A stretch of 64,000 nt of DNA from Trichormus sp. ATA11-4-KO1 (lineage in GTDB: Bacteria > Cyanobacteriota > Cyanobacteriia > Cyanobacteriales > Nostocaceae): the NCBI GenBank assembly GCA_019358915.1, contig JAHHIM010000003.1, positions 121,356-185,355 on the forward strand, given 5' to 3'. The notes beneath the pieces are model-generated. The model searched no databases and was not told the origin of the DNA. It saw only the letters and a list, made by a program, of their open reading frames with translations. A program made the translations under genes and the position numbers. Below are positions 44,478 through 54,551 of the stretch, piece after piece. How positions within the stretch are numbered: position 1 is the stretch's first letter; every line of letters begins with the position of its first letter.

Positions 44478-44744
44478 TTACTCCTTATTTGCAACTTCAG
44501 AATTTGGGACTTCAGGATATAATCCCAGTTGCTTGGCTAGTTCACGAGCAACAAAAAACAAAAACTTAGCACCATCTTGATTGCCTTGATGTGCAAAACT
44601 AGTTGCTACCTGTAGCATTGTCTCCACAAAGCCAGCATCAATCAATTCTGGTTGAGCTTCCAAAACCTCTGGTTCTTGACCGTTGGGACATCTAAGTAAC
44701 TGGTCAATCAAATCAAAATATAAAACTTGGCGTTCTTCTGTCAT
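44478..44744 (-). CDS. small helical protein resembling the N-terminal domain of cyanobacterial TPR/CHAT proteins
   Basis: R..LY..LI.QLL.CPNGQEPEVL.A..ELIDAG. Confidence 0.7.
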   Translation of the reverse strand: MTEERQVLYFDLIDQLLRCPNGQEPEVLEAQPELIDAGFVETMLQVATSFAHQGNQDGAKFLFFVARELAKQLGLYPEVPNSEVANKE

Positions 44745-44781
44745 GGTGTTTTGTTTGAATGAGTGAAACTTGAATTAATGA

Positions 44782-45192
44782 TTACTCAATACTTTGTTGC
44801 CAAACTCTTTCCAACATTTCAACTTGTTCTTTTAAGATGGCGGCACGATAAACAAGATATCTGTCGTAAACAATAATTCCTAATCCCACAAAAATAGGGG
44901 TAATTAAGGCAAACCATTGTAAGATAGCAACGACTTTATATTGCAGTGAGTTCACAACATTGCGGTCAGAAATTTTAATACTAGTCTGATATTGAGATAA
45001 ATTTGTATTTGCTGTCTGGGGAATTAAAACATTATTACTCGTACTAATTTTGTTAAATTCACAGACTGAATTCTGCATTTTAACCAACTCTAAATGTCGT
45101 CCCCAAACGATGCTAAATACTACTAGACCAGGAGAGATAACCACTAAAGTAACTAAACAAACTGTGAGAACATTTAGAAGTTTAACTTTCAT
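44782..45192 (-). CDS. hypothetical 2-TM membrane protein
   Basis: RBS AGGAG; two hydrophobic segments; C-terminal YRAAILKEQVEMLERVWQ. Confidence 0.7.
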   Translation of the reverse strand: MKVKLLNVLTVCLVTLVVISPGLVVFSIVWGRHLELVKMQNSVCEFNKISTSNNVLIPQTANTNLSQYQTSIKISDRNVVNSLQYKVVAILQWFALITPIFVGLGIIVYDRYLVYRAAILKEQVEMLERVWQQSIE

Positions 45193-45607
45193 CTTTGCTC
45201 TCCTTTGCTAGGCAGTATGCACCCAGAAAAATATCTGTTGCTGTTTACCTAAGCAGCTTTTAACTTTTACTTCTCAAACAGTTATCAGTGAATAATCTAA
45301 TAACTGAAAAATTACCAAATTTTCCACAAATGCTATAATTATCAACTCAGAATTAACACCTTCAAACCCGAAATCTTTAAGCTTGTTGGTAACAGAAGGG
45401 TTAAGAAGTCCCCCCTAATTCTCCAGGTAAAACCCAGTGAATTTTGGGGGGTAGAGGGGAATCTCTGCGTAAATCCTACAAAATTTATATCAGCCGTCCC
45501 TCTTAGTCACTGTTTAGCCTGGTTGGATTAAGATTATTAAATTCATTAAATTTGCACTCAAAGCCTATAACCCTTACCTGATAATAATTATAGAAATTAA
45601 TTGGGGT

Positions 45608-45663
45608 ATGGGTGCTAGTATTTTTGAGATGGGGTGCTAGTATTTTTGAGATGGGGTGCTAGC
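45608..45663. repeat. 22-nt tandem repeat (~2.5 copies)
   Basis: GGGTGCTAGTATTTTTGAGATG repeated. Confidence 0.8.
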
Positions 45664-45740
45664 ATTCCTGCACTCAGGCTCAAAGCTAGTTGGGGAGCCA
45701 ATCGATAACAATTTTCATGCTAGTTATTGACATGGAAAAC

Positions 45741-45780
45741 TTGTACTCAAGTCAATAGATTGATTATTTGGTGAGTATAA
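45741..45780. promoter_or_regulatory. inverted repeat TTGTACTCA-N22-TGAGTATAA, candidate CnfR-type operator
   Basis: 8/9 inverted repeat; related TGCACTCA at 45553 and 45669 and TGAGTAA at 45905. Confidence 0.4.
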
Positions 45781-46092
45781 GCGAAAACTGAATAAAAACA
45801 CATTAACTTTTTCTAAAAAATGCAACTTATGATACTAAATATCAATATTGTAAATCATCTGAAAAACTTTCTATATGCAGGCATTTAGTATCTCAAATCC
45901 TGAATGAGTAAACAACAGACTGAGAAAACAAGCCTCAGCAAAAAGAGTGAAAATCAGCAATTTAAACTTATTCAAGTTCATTATGGTAATTAAAAAACAT
46001 TATGGGATAAAAATTAGTGAGAAAATTGCACTAAATTCAATCTTGAGAAACACCGGGCGATGGGAAAAGAGCCTCCGGATGCCGCTAGGCTG

Positions 46093-46148
46093 TACGCGGC
46101 TATACAAACTAAACCCGCGTAGGCGGGTTTAGTTTGTATAGCCGCGTA
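46093..46148. repeat. perfect 26-bp palindrome within a composite REP-like element (~46050-46235)
   Basis: TACGCGGCTATACAAACTAAACCCGC-GTAG-GCGGGTTTAGTTTGTATAGCCGCGTA. Confidence 0.8.
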
Positions 46149-46361
46149 GGCGGCCTACCCTTCGGGACAAGGGCGAACGTTTGTGTAGCCCCAGACTTCT
46201 AGTCTGCGGGCGATCCGCCAAAACGGGATGCTCTCCAATTTTGTACTGTGAAGAGAGTAGATAGTCTACGTATTTATTCACAACAGACCATAAATTAAAT
46301 ACATCCAAATTGATTATTATCAGTAAATAATCCAACCTAGCTAGATTCGGGATTTTAATTT

Positions 46362-47309
46362 ATGAAAATTGCTAAAGATATCACAGAACTGATTGGTAGA
46401 ACTCCTTTAGTTCAACTCAATAAAATTCCTCAAGCCGAAAAAGTAGGAGCCAGAATAGTTGTCAAGCTCGAAAGTATGAATCCAGCCGCTTCAGTCAAAG
46501 ACCGTATAGGAATAAGTATGGTACTTTCAGCTGAAGCAGAGGGTTTAATTGAGCCAGAAAAAACCATTTTAGTAGAGCCAACTTCCGGGAATACAGGTAT
46601 TGCTTTAGCGATGGTAGCAGCCGCTCGTGGCTATAGGTTAATTTTGACAATGCCAGAGACAATGAGCCACGAAAGACGCTCCATGCTCAAAGCCTACGGT
46701 GCAACTTTAGAACTAACACCAGGCGCGGAAGGAATGCGAGGAGCAATTCGTAAAGCCGAAGAAATTGTTGCTAATACTCCCCACGCTTTGATGCTGCAAC
46801 AATTCCGTAACCCAGCCAACCCCAAAATTCACCGAGAAACCACCGCCGAGGAAATTTGGACAGATACCGATGGGGAAGTGGATATCATCATTGCTGGTGT
46901 AGGTACTGGTGGGACGATTACTGGTATTGCAGAGATACTTAAACAACGTAAGCAGAGTGTGCAAATCATCGCAGTCGAACCCAGCAATAGTCCCATCCTC
47001 TCTGGTGGCGAAGCTGGCCCCCATAAAATTCAAGGTATCGGCGCTGGTTTTGTTCCAGAGATTCTGCGTCTGGAATTGATTGATGAAGTAATTAGAGTCA
47101 GCGATGAACAGGCTATGACTTATGGACGACGTTTAGCAAAAGAAGAAGGCTTATTATCTGGAATCTCCTCCGGTGCTGCTTTATGTGCTGCACTTCAGGT
47201 AGGTAAACGTACGGAAAATGCTGGTAAGTTAATTGTGATGATTCAACCTTCCTTTGGCGAACGTTACCTCAGCACCGCGATGTTTCAAGATTTGGGAGTG
47301 AGGGAGTGA
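46362..47309 (+). CDS. cysK: cysteine synthase A
   Basis: [33 protein letters not shown]. Confidence 0.96.
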   Translation: MKIAKDITELIGRTPLVQLNKIPQAEKVGARIVVKLESMNPAASVKDRIGISMVLSAEAEGLIEPEKTILVEPTSGNTGIALAMVAAARGYRLILTMPETMSHERRSMLKAYGATLELTPGAEGMRGAIRKAEEIVANTPHALMLQQFRNPANPKIHRETTAEEIWTDTDGEVDIIIAGVGTGGTITGIAEILKQRKQSVQIIAVEPSNSPILSGGEAGPHKIQGIGAGFVPEILRLELIDEVIRVSDEQAMTYGRRLAKEEGLLSGISSGAALCAALQVGKRTENAGKLIVMIQPSFGERYLSTAMFQDLGVRE

Positions 47310-47380
47310 GGGAGTGGGAAAATGGGGAGAAAGTTTGAATTTTTCTTGTCCCCTTGTCTCCTTGTCCCCTTGTCCCCTTC

Positions 47381-47821
47381 CTAATGGTGATGCTCATGAC
47401 CGTGAGCGCAGCCTTGTAAATTCTGGCTCATGAGATTTTCGCTCATCTCCTGTAAGGATTCATCTACAGCCTTTAAACCAATCCAAGCATCAATTTTTTC
47501 AACATCGAAACCTACGTCACGGAGATCGCCTACTTCTAACAAAGGGCGACGAATTAACAAAGGATCTTGTAACATCAGTACAAGCGCTGTTTGTGCGTCT
47601 AATTTTTCGGGAACCACCTCACCAGATTTTACCCTGGGGGCAGAACGATTAAACCATTCAGCTACCGGGCGATCGCCAAAAAATGACCGCAAGCGCTCAA
47701 CTGTCCAAGGTTCCGTAAGCAGGTTGTATGCTACCACTTCATGGCCAGCAGCTGTCAGCAAAACTTTTTGCTTAACACCACCCTTACAACCTGGTTTGCT
47801 GTAGAAAATTACTCTAGCCAT
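47381..47821 (-). CDS. ArsC/Spx-family nitrogenase-associated protein
   Basis: FYSKPGC...QK..L.AAGH, WFNRSAP, PLLIRRPL; start MARVIF. Confidence 0.85.
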   Translation of the reverse strand: MARVIFYSKPGCKGGVKQKVLLTAAGHEVVAYNLLTEPWTVERLRSFFGDRPVAEWFNRSAPRVKSGEVVPEKLDAQTALVLMLQDPLLIRRPLLEVGDLRDVGFDVEKIDAWIGLKAVDESLQEMSENLMSQNLQGCAHGHEHHH

Positions 47822-47913
47822 TGTCTGCTCCCGATTTAATAAATTGAGGATTGGGGACAAGAACGAAAATTCTCCCCCATCTCTCCTATCTCCCTCATCC
47901 CCTCACTTCGTCA

Positions 47914-48531
47914 TCAAAACTTTTTCGCTGTGTGGGTAATTAAATCAAACTCAAATCGCTGTTTTGGATCAGTTTCCCCATAAACATTAAAAGTCACAGT
48001 TGGTTCATCACCTACTGCTTGCACACTATGAATTGCATCAGGAGTAAAGCTCACAATATCTCCTGGAAATAAAGTTATTTCTCCCGTAGGTTCAAGTGTG
48101 TCTGCAACATCTAGGCTGTTAGTTCGTCGCCAAAATGTATTTTTTTCTTGACCTTTTAGCACAGCTACTACTCCCCACGCCCCATGATTATGAATAGTTG
48201 AACGAGTTCCCGGTGTAAATGTTACTGTTTGCACCGTTAATGGAAAACCCAATTCATCATATAGGAGTAAAACAGAGTTTCCCGTCTTAGAGTCAGGTTC
48301 TAAATACTGACTTCGTACCCAGTAGGAATTAACTATCAAGCGCCTCACAAGCATTCTGATTTCTGGTAGACGACTGGATTCGTTGTCCACCCCATTGAGA
48401 ACATCTTCCATCTCAGTTAAAAACCGATACAGACGATAATTTTCTCTCAATAAATCCCACGCTCTTACGGATTTACAGGCTTGATAATGACCATCTCCAG
48501 TTACTAGCCAATCCCTACCTTTCATCATCAT
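47914..48531 (-). CDS. cysteine dioxygenase-like cupin
   Basis: STIHNHGAWGVVAVLKGQEKNTFW ... DAIHSV, a 3-His metal site. Confidence 0.75.
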   Translation of the reverse strand: MMMKGRDWLVTGDGHYQACKSVRAWDLLRENYRLYRFLTEMEDVLNGVDNESSRLPEIRMLVRRLIVNSYWVRSQYLEPDSKTGNSVLLLYDELGFPLTVQTVTFTPGTRSTIHNHGAWGVVAVLKGQEKNTFWRRTNSLDVADTLEPTGEITLFPGDIVSFTPDAIHSVQAVGDEPTVTFNVYGETDPKQRFEFDLITHTAKKF

Positions 48532-48708
48532 TAAATCATCAGTTGAGAAGACTGGGGCAATATCAACATAGGAGGAGGAGAATTACGAGGCATATTTGGT
48601 ACAGAAGGCGAAGTAGGTAAAGGCAGAACAGGCAATATTGGGTTAGCAGTGTTAGACAAGGAAAAGGGTTGATAGATAGAAAAATCATTCATGGTTGTTG
48701 ATGGTTAG

Positions 48709-49194
48709 TTAATCGTCTTCATCTGGTGGACGTGTCAAAATATCCAGTAGGATTCCGGCTCCGAAATCATTCTTTTCGTCAATTTCTTTGACTCTAGAAC
48801 TGATTTTTTTAGCCTGCTCAATTTCCCCCAATTTTGCTAATACCAAACCAGAAGCAGCATAAGCATTCAAGTACAATCTGATTTGGGGTTCATCCTGTCG
48901 CTTAACTAATATGGGCTGAAGTTGTTCCCACTCATCTGGAAAATTTTCTGTTTCTTTAATTTTATCTAAAACTTTGACTACTGTTTGTAGCGCAAGTGAA
49001 TAATTATTTTTATAATAAAAAAATCTATAAGCTGATACTAAAACATCTGTGTTATCACCAGCCTGAGCTAAAGCTTGATGAATGTAATTTTCAGATTCTG
49101 AGATAGTTTCCCAAGTTTGTGATGCCAATATTAGTAAGTTTTTGATATCATCTGGAACTTGAAACCATGAGAATTTATTTGCATCAGGTTGCAT
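48709..49194 (-). CDS. TPR-like hypothetical protein downstream of cox2
   Basis: Helical; AYRFFYYK, LYLNAYAASGLVLAKLG. Confidence 0.7.
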   Translation of the reverse strand: MQPDANKFSWFQVPDDIKNLLILASQTWETISESENYIHQALAQAGDNTDVLVSAYRFFYYKNNYSLALQTVVKVLDKIKETENFPDEWEQLQPILVKRQDEPQIRLYLNAYAASGLVLAKLGEIEQAKKISSRVKEIDEKNDFGAGILLDILTRPPDEDD

Positions 49195-49257
49195 AGTAAT
49201 CCCCTTTGGGGATTGGGGACTGGGTATTGGGAAAATAACCCTACTCCCCGCGCCCTT

Positions 49258-49833
49258 TTAAAACAGCGTCAAAATGTACACTAAAATGAACAAAACAATC
49301 CAGATAATGTCCACAAAGTGCCAGTAAATTTCTGCCATTTCAATGCCAGTATGTTTAGTAGCAGAATAATGACCGGGACGACGCGATCGCCACAATACAC
49401 CTAATATCAATAACAGTCCCACAAATACGTGCAAACCGTGGAAGCCAGTCATGATATAAAAGCAGTTGGCGAAGATGTTGGTAGTCAGACCATAACCTAA
49501 ACTCATGTACTCATAAACCTGACCCACTAAGAAAATTGCCCCCATAAGTGCGGTCACAAGATACCAAAACCGCATTCCTATGACATTATTCTTTTTAATT
49601 GCCACATCACCTAAATGAATGACGAAGCTACTAGACACCAGAATAATGGTGTTAATCGCGGGTAAAAATAATTCTACTTCTGTTCCTTCTGGCGGCCAAA
49701 CTTCTGTACTACCACGAAAGAACAAATAAGTAGCAAAAAAGCCACCAAACATTAGGGATTCAGAGATGAGAAATGTCAACAATCCCCACACTCGTAAATC
49801 TGGATGATGTTCACTTGTCGTTGCTACGGTCAT
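49258..49833 (-). CDS. coxC2: heme-copper oxidase subunit III (heterocyst Cox2)
   Basis: FLISESLMF, TGFHGLHV, YWHFVD. Confidence 0.92.
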   Translation of the reverse strand: MTVATTSEHHPDLRVWGLLTFLISESLMFGGFFATYLFFRGSTEVWPPEGTEVELFLPAINTIILVSSSFVIHLGDVAIKKNNVIGMRFWYLVTALMGAIFLVGQVYEYMSLGYGLTTNIFANCFYIMTGFHGLHVFVGLLLILGVLWRSRRPGHYSATKHTGIEMAEIYWHFVDIIWIVLFILVYILTLF

Positions 49834-50082
49834 ATTGTTTACCCTCTAAATCTCCAACAAGGATGAAGTCTTGTTTAATGCAAAAATACCTTTCTTTTCT
49901 TTGTACCTTTGCGTCTTTGCGCCTTTGCGCGAGACAAATCATATTCTCAATCAGCAACGCCTGTTGTTGCGTTTGGTAGAGTAAAGAAACGAACCACGTT
50001 CGCGAAGCGTCTCGCAGAGAAGGGCACAAAGGACACGAAGGTAAGAGGGTTTAAAAGGGTTTTTGCAATTACGACTAAATTG

Positions 50083-51753
50083 TTAGGCGCTAATTTCTGG
50101 TGTGCCGACTGGTTGTACTTCAATATGGCCGTAGTCGTAAGGGCCATGAGTGACAATAGGCAATTCTTCCCAGTTTTCAATTAGAGGTGGTGAACTGGTT
50201 GTCCATTCTAAACTCAAAGCTTGCCAAGGATTATCACCTGCCAATTCTCCTTGGCGCCAACTTTGGAGAATATTGATGGTGAAGGGAATTACTGATATGG
50301 CTAAGACAAATGCACCAATGGTACAAAGTTGATTGAGATCAATAAATTGGGGATCATACATGGCAACGCGGCGGGGCATTCCTTGTAAACCCAATTCGTG
50401 CATGGGTAGGAAGGTTAAGTTAGTGCCGATGAAGGTGAGGGCAAAGTGAATGCGTCCCCAGGTTTCATTCAGCTTGCGTCCGGTCATTTTGGGGAACCAG
50501 TGATAAATACCCGCGTAAATGCCAAACACGGAACCACCAAATAAGACGTAGTGGAAGTGTCCTACTACATAATATGTGTCGTGGACGTGAACATCAAAGG
50601 GCGCTGTTCCCATGGTCACGCCGCTTAAGCCGCCCATGACGAACATGGATAATAAGCCAATGGCGAAAAGCATGGCACTGGTGAAGCGAATCTTACCACC
50701 CCAAAGGGTAGCAACCCAGGCGAAGATTTTCACGCCAGTAGGTACGGCGACGATGAGGGTGGAGATAGTGAAGAATATCCGCATCCAGCCGGGTGTACCA
50801 CTGGTGAACATGTGGTGAACCCAGACGAATAAACCGACTACGCAAATAGCAACGCTGGAATAGGCGATCGCTTTATAACCAAAAATTGGCTTCCGCGCGT
50901 GAACGGGAATCACCTCTGACATAATGCCGAAGATGGGCAGAATCATCAGATATACTGCCGGGTGGGAATAAAACCAGAATAAATGTTGGTAAATCACGAC
51001 GTTACCGCCGGCATCTGGTTTAAAGAAGGATGTCCCAAAGTTGAGGTCAAACAACAACAGAATTAAACCCGCAGCTAATACAGGTGTAGAAAGCAGTGCG
51101 AGGACTGAAGTGGCTAAGATTGCCCAGCAGAACAAGGGTAGTTGATCCCATTTCATGCTGGGAACCTTCATCATCAGGATGGTGATCACAAAGTTCAGCG
51201 AACCCAAAATTGAGGAAGTTCCCACCAACACAATCGCTAGTATCCAGAGAGTTTGGGCGATGGGTGCTGTCACTAAGCTTAATGGTGGGTAAGCTGTCCA
51301 ACCAGATTGGGAACCACCAAAGATAAAACTAGCTAACAGCAGTAATCCGGCTGGGGGGTTCAACCAAAAGGCGATCGCGTTCAGTTTAGGAAACGCCATA
51401 TCCCTAGCACCAACCATCAAGGGAATGAGATAGTTACCAAATCCCCCAATGGCACTAGGCACAATCCACAGGAAGATCATAATCGTCCCGTGATTGGTCA
51501 TGAAGGCGTTGTATAAGTTGGGGTCAAGTAAATCTGCATCTGGTGTTGCTAGTTCGGCACGGATAGCCACAGCCATCAAGCCACCGATAAGATAGAACAC
51601 AAAGGCTGTCACTAGGTATTGAATGCCAATCACCTTGTGATCTACATTAAATGTGAAATAGTCGTACCATTTCCACGCCTGGGGATGGTTTCCCGCCTTT
51701 GTTTCCAGATTTCCTTCGGGTGGCGTGTTCCGGGGAAATTCTACCTGTGTCAT
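50083..51753 (-). CDS. coxA2: cytochrome c oxidase subunit I (Cox2)
   Basis: HLFWFYSHPAVY, WVHHMF, HDTYYVVGHFH; context next to fdxB/cnfR. Confidence 0.95.
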   Translation of the reverse strand: MTQVEFPRNTPPEGNLETKAGNHPQAWKWYDYFTFNVDHKVIGIQYLVTAFVFYLIGGLMAVAIRAELATPDADLLDPNLYNAFMTNHGTIMIFLWIVPSAIGGFGNYLIPLMVGARDMAFPKLNAIAFWLNPPAGLLLLASFIFGGSQSGWTAYPPLSLVTAPIAQTLWILAIVLVGTSSILGSLNFVITILMMKVPSMKWDQLPLFCWAILATSVLALLSTPVLAAGLILLLFDLNFGTSFFKPDAGGNVVIYQHLFWFYSHPAVYLMILPIFGIMSEVIPVHARKPIFGYKAIAYSSVAICVVGLFVWVHHMFTSGTPGWMRIFFTISTLIVAVPTGVKIFAWVATLWGGKIRFTSAMLFAIGLLSMFVMGGLSGVTMGTAPFDVHVHDTYYVVGHFHYVLFGGSVFGIYAGIYHWFPKMTGRKLNETWGRIHFALTFIGTNLTFLPMHELGLQGMPRRVAMYDPQFIDLNQLCTIGAFVLAISVIPFTINILQSWRQGELAGDNPWQALSLEWTTSSPPLIENWEELPIVTHGPYDYGHIEVQPVGTPEISA

Positions 51754-51767
51754 AAGCTATTTTAGAT

Positions 51768-51799
51768 AATTCGTAATTCGTAATTCGTAATTCGTAATT
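51768..51799. repeat. STRR heptamer (AATTCGT)x4
   Basis: Direct tandem copies in the coxB-coxA spacer. Confidence 0.8.
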
Positions 51800-51861
51800 A
51801 AATAATGAGTACAATTTCTCAATGATTGTCATTACGAATTTTCAACTACGCATTATTTTGG

Positions 51862-52833
51862 CTACTTTTGAATTTGGGCGAGGGTGGTTGTGTTTACACC
51901 CAAGTCATGAATATGGGGTGCAAGAAACTCTGATGTTGATAGTTCAGCCGGATTTACTGCTACGGCTTGTTTGAGGTCTTGCGCTTGAGCAATTTGGCTT
52001 TGTGCTAGCCAGTTATCAAATTCTTCTGGTGTGTGGACTATTACTTGTGTCCGCATAGAACCGTGATAACCACCACACAGTTCTGCACAAACTACAGGAT
52101 ATGTACCTACTTTAGTAGCGACAAATCGTAATTGAGTAGCAATACCGGGAAGCGCGTCTTGCTTCAACCGAAACTGTGGTACCCAAAATGAGTGAATGAC
52201 ATCTTGTGCTGAAAGATTCAATTGTACATCAGCACCCACGGGAACGTGTAACTCTCCAGTGGTAATGCCACTATGAGGATAGTTAAATATCCAGGCGTAC
52301 TGCATCCCTTGGACATCAACCACTAAGTCTGCTTGCTTACCTTGTGATTTGGGAGATGCACCAATACCAATGTTTGCAGTAGTTGGTGATGTTGCTGTGT
52401 CATCGAGAGTAGCAGCGATCGCACTACCACTAACATGAGCCACATGAGCCGCACCATGAGGATGACTCCCAGGCTCAAATCCGCCCATTTGGTTGTAAAC
52501 ATCTACACTGTAAATGCCTAAACCAATGACAATTACGGCGGGGATTGCTGTCCAAAAAATTTCTAAAGGCACATTGCCTTCTACTGGTACACCATCGGTG
52601 TCATCACCCGGACGACGACGATACTTTACCAAAAAAATCAAAATAGTTCCTTCGACAACCAGAAACAGTGCGATCGCAATGGTAAACATGACATTGAAAA
52701 ATGCGTCTACCAAAGGTGCTTGTTGCGATGCTTGTACTGGCAGTAGCGTATTATTTTGACCGATCCAAATACTGATTACTGTAACTACTATTCCAGCAAC
52801 CAGAGTCCATAGTGAAACAGGAATTTTTTGCAT
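51862..52833 (-). CDS. coxB2: cytochrome c oxidase subunit II (Cox2)
   Basis: DVIHSFW and CuA motif CAELCGGYHGSM. Confidence 0.95.
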   Translation of the reverse strand: MQKIPVSLWTLVAGIVVTVISIWIGQNNTLLPVQASQQAPLVDAFFNVMFTIAIALFLVVEGTILIFLVKYRRRPGDDTDGVPVEGNVPLEIFWTAIPAVIVIGLGIYSVDVYNQMGGFEPGSHPHGAAHVAHVSGSAIAATLDDTATSPTTANIGIGASPKSQGKQADLVVDVQGMQYAWIFNYPHSGITTGELHVPVGADVQLNLSAQDVIHSFWVPQFRLKQDALPGIATQLRFVATKVGTYPVVCAELCGGYHGSMRTQVIVHTPEEFDNWLAQSQIAQAQDLKQAVAVNPAELSTSEFLAPHIHDLGVNTTTLAQIQK

Positions 52834-53288
52834 ACATGCTACCTGCTGTGTCAGCCATCATTAAAGGTTTGATTGTCTGGAATTAGACTTTGGGAAAGTG
52901 CTTTACCTTTACCTCCACTCCCTACTCACATTTTTTCTTTTCACTTATTAACTTTCTAGCTCACACTTACAAAATTTGGGGGAATTTTCCAGATAATTTC
53001 ATATCCTTCCCCCAAAAAGTCAACACTATATTTTCACTCCTATGACAAAAGAGCTAATTTTTCCCAGAGGACACTGTTACTCCTAATATTGTTCAGACTA
53101 TATTAATAGCAAGTATGAATTTGTGAATAACTAACATTTAGCGATTTACGTATTTGTTTACTGCGAACTTTTTGCCAGTTCTAGTAGTTTTGCATATTCC
53201 CCTCTAGTTACCTTGCCTAGCACATTTGCGCTTAATTTCCACAGTGCCCTCTGGTAAAAACAACAACCTTAATCAATGCCCTAAAGTC

Positions 53289-53582
53289 TTAATTGTCTAA
53301 TACAGCATGGGTGTAGCAATTCTTTGGACAAATCCGTGAACAAGCCTCACAACCAATACAATTTTCTGGGTAAGCAACAACCATTACCTTACGTTCGATT
53401 TCATCATCATCTTCATCATCCACAAATTCCCCATCTTCATTGAGTGCCTTCAAGCTCAATACATTATGACCACAGATTTTAAAACATCTGCCACAGCCGA
53501 TACATTTTTCTAGGTCAATTTCCTGGGCGAATTTAGGTGTCCAGGTATTACCTCCAAATGTCAATCCTGTTAGTTGTGCCAT
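53289..53582 (-). CDS. fdxB: nif-specific ferredoxin III
   Basis: [11 protein letters not shown] and [11 protein letters not shown] with an acidic linker. Confidence 0.92.
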   Translation of the reverse strand: MAQLTGLTFGGNTWTPKFAQEIDLEKCIGCGRCFKICGHNVLSLKALNEDGEFVDDEDDDEIERKVMVVAYPENCIGCEACSRICPKNCYTHAVLDN

Positions 53583-53934
53583 GAATTAAACCTCGGCAAT
53601 TCCGCCTACAAAATTATTTGCACTTTAATCATTATCCTAACTTAATCTTATTATTTTGTTTGACGTAAATTAATTAATTATGCTCTTATCAAAATTCGCT
53701 GACTTTCTGAAAATTCTGCGGTAATTTTATTAATATTAAATTATTTAAATGCAATTTATTACCAATAAGCAAATAGTCATTTTTGCTAATAATATACTGT
53801 TTTTAAAGAAATGGCATCCTGTAACGTCTAAACAAACCTCTCTAGATTCTCTATTTCCAGCTAGAGGCGGCTCAATAAATGATGAGATTATTTTTCAACT
53901 TTTTATTCATGCAAGTAAAAAGTTACTTGATTTA

Positions 53935-53948
53935 GTATTGATCTATAC
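53935..53948. promoter_or_regulatory. possible NtcA box in the fdxB/cnfR divergent promoter region
   Basis: GTA-TTGATCTA-TAC (GTA-N8-TAC); AT-rich background, so it may be chance. Confidence 0.3.
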
Positions 53949-54551
53949 AATTGATATGTTTATCTATTACATTGAAATATTATTATTTTGTTATTTATAA
54001 AGTAAAAAAGCTCAATTTATCTGGAAAACAACTAATTTTATACCTTTTATTTAAAAAAGTTACTCTTTCACATTTTTACGATTAAAAAGCCAAATTAACC
54101 TATGAACTAAACTGTAGTCCTCATAACAGAAAATTCATCTGCATTAAATATTAAAATTATTAATAAACAAAATGAAATCTACTAACAAGATGATTAGATG
54201 TTCTATAAAAACACTTTGGTTAAGACTTTAAGGTTAAACCAAAGAATTCGTCAGCTAACTATTAATCAAAGTATTAAGAATTCTGCCCAGGCTCATTGTG
54301 AACAAACTTATCCAAGTGTTTATGAAATGTATAGTTAATAAAGAAGTAATATCAGGCTCAGGTTAAAAGTCTGAAATATCTGCCAATTGGATGCGTAGTC
54401 TAAATATGGATGTGGGGAATAATTACAGCAAGAATAATTTTTCTTGCTGTAGAGATAATTTGGTGGCTAGTGATAAGTCAAGCAGCAACATCCAGGGGAG
54501 ACTTGAGCCAAACATCTCAACGATTAGAGTGGGAAGAAGCCCTATAGCCGT

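Noticed and set aside
45312..45415. Short open frame on the minus strand (…KLKDFGFEGVNSELIIIAFVEIW*)
   Set aside because: No supportable start, the upstream part is REP-like repeat, and there is no recognisable similarity
45608..45663. Possible mini CRISPR array
   Set aside because: The repeats are directly tandem with no spacers, and no cas genes are in the window
45947..46335. Two short ORFs upstream of cysK
   Set aside because: They run through the palindromic repeat and have no coding features
49773..50184. Several overlapping short ORFs
   Set aside because: Derived from intergenic repeats and antisense to cox genes
53749..54000. 83-aa ORF in the fdxB-cnfR spacer
   Set aside because: AT-rich promoter region, low-complexity product, no clear RBS
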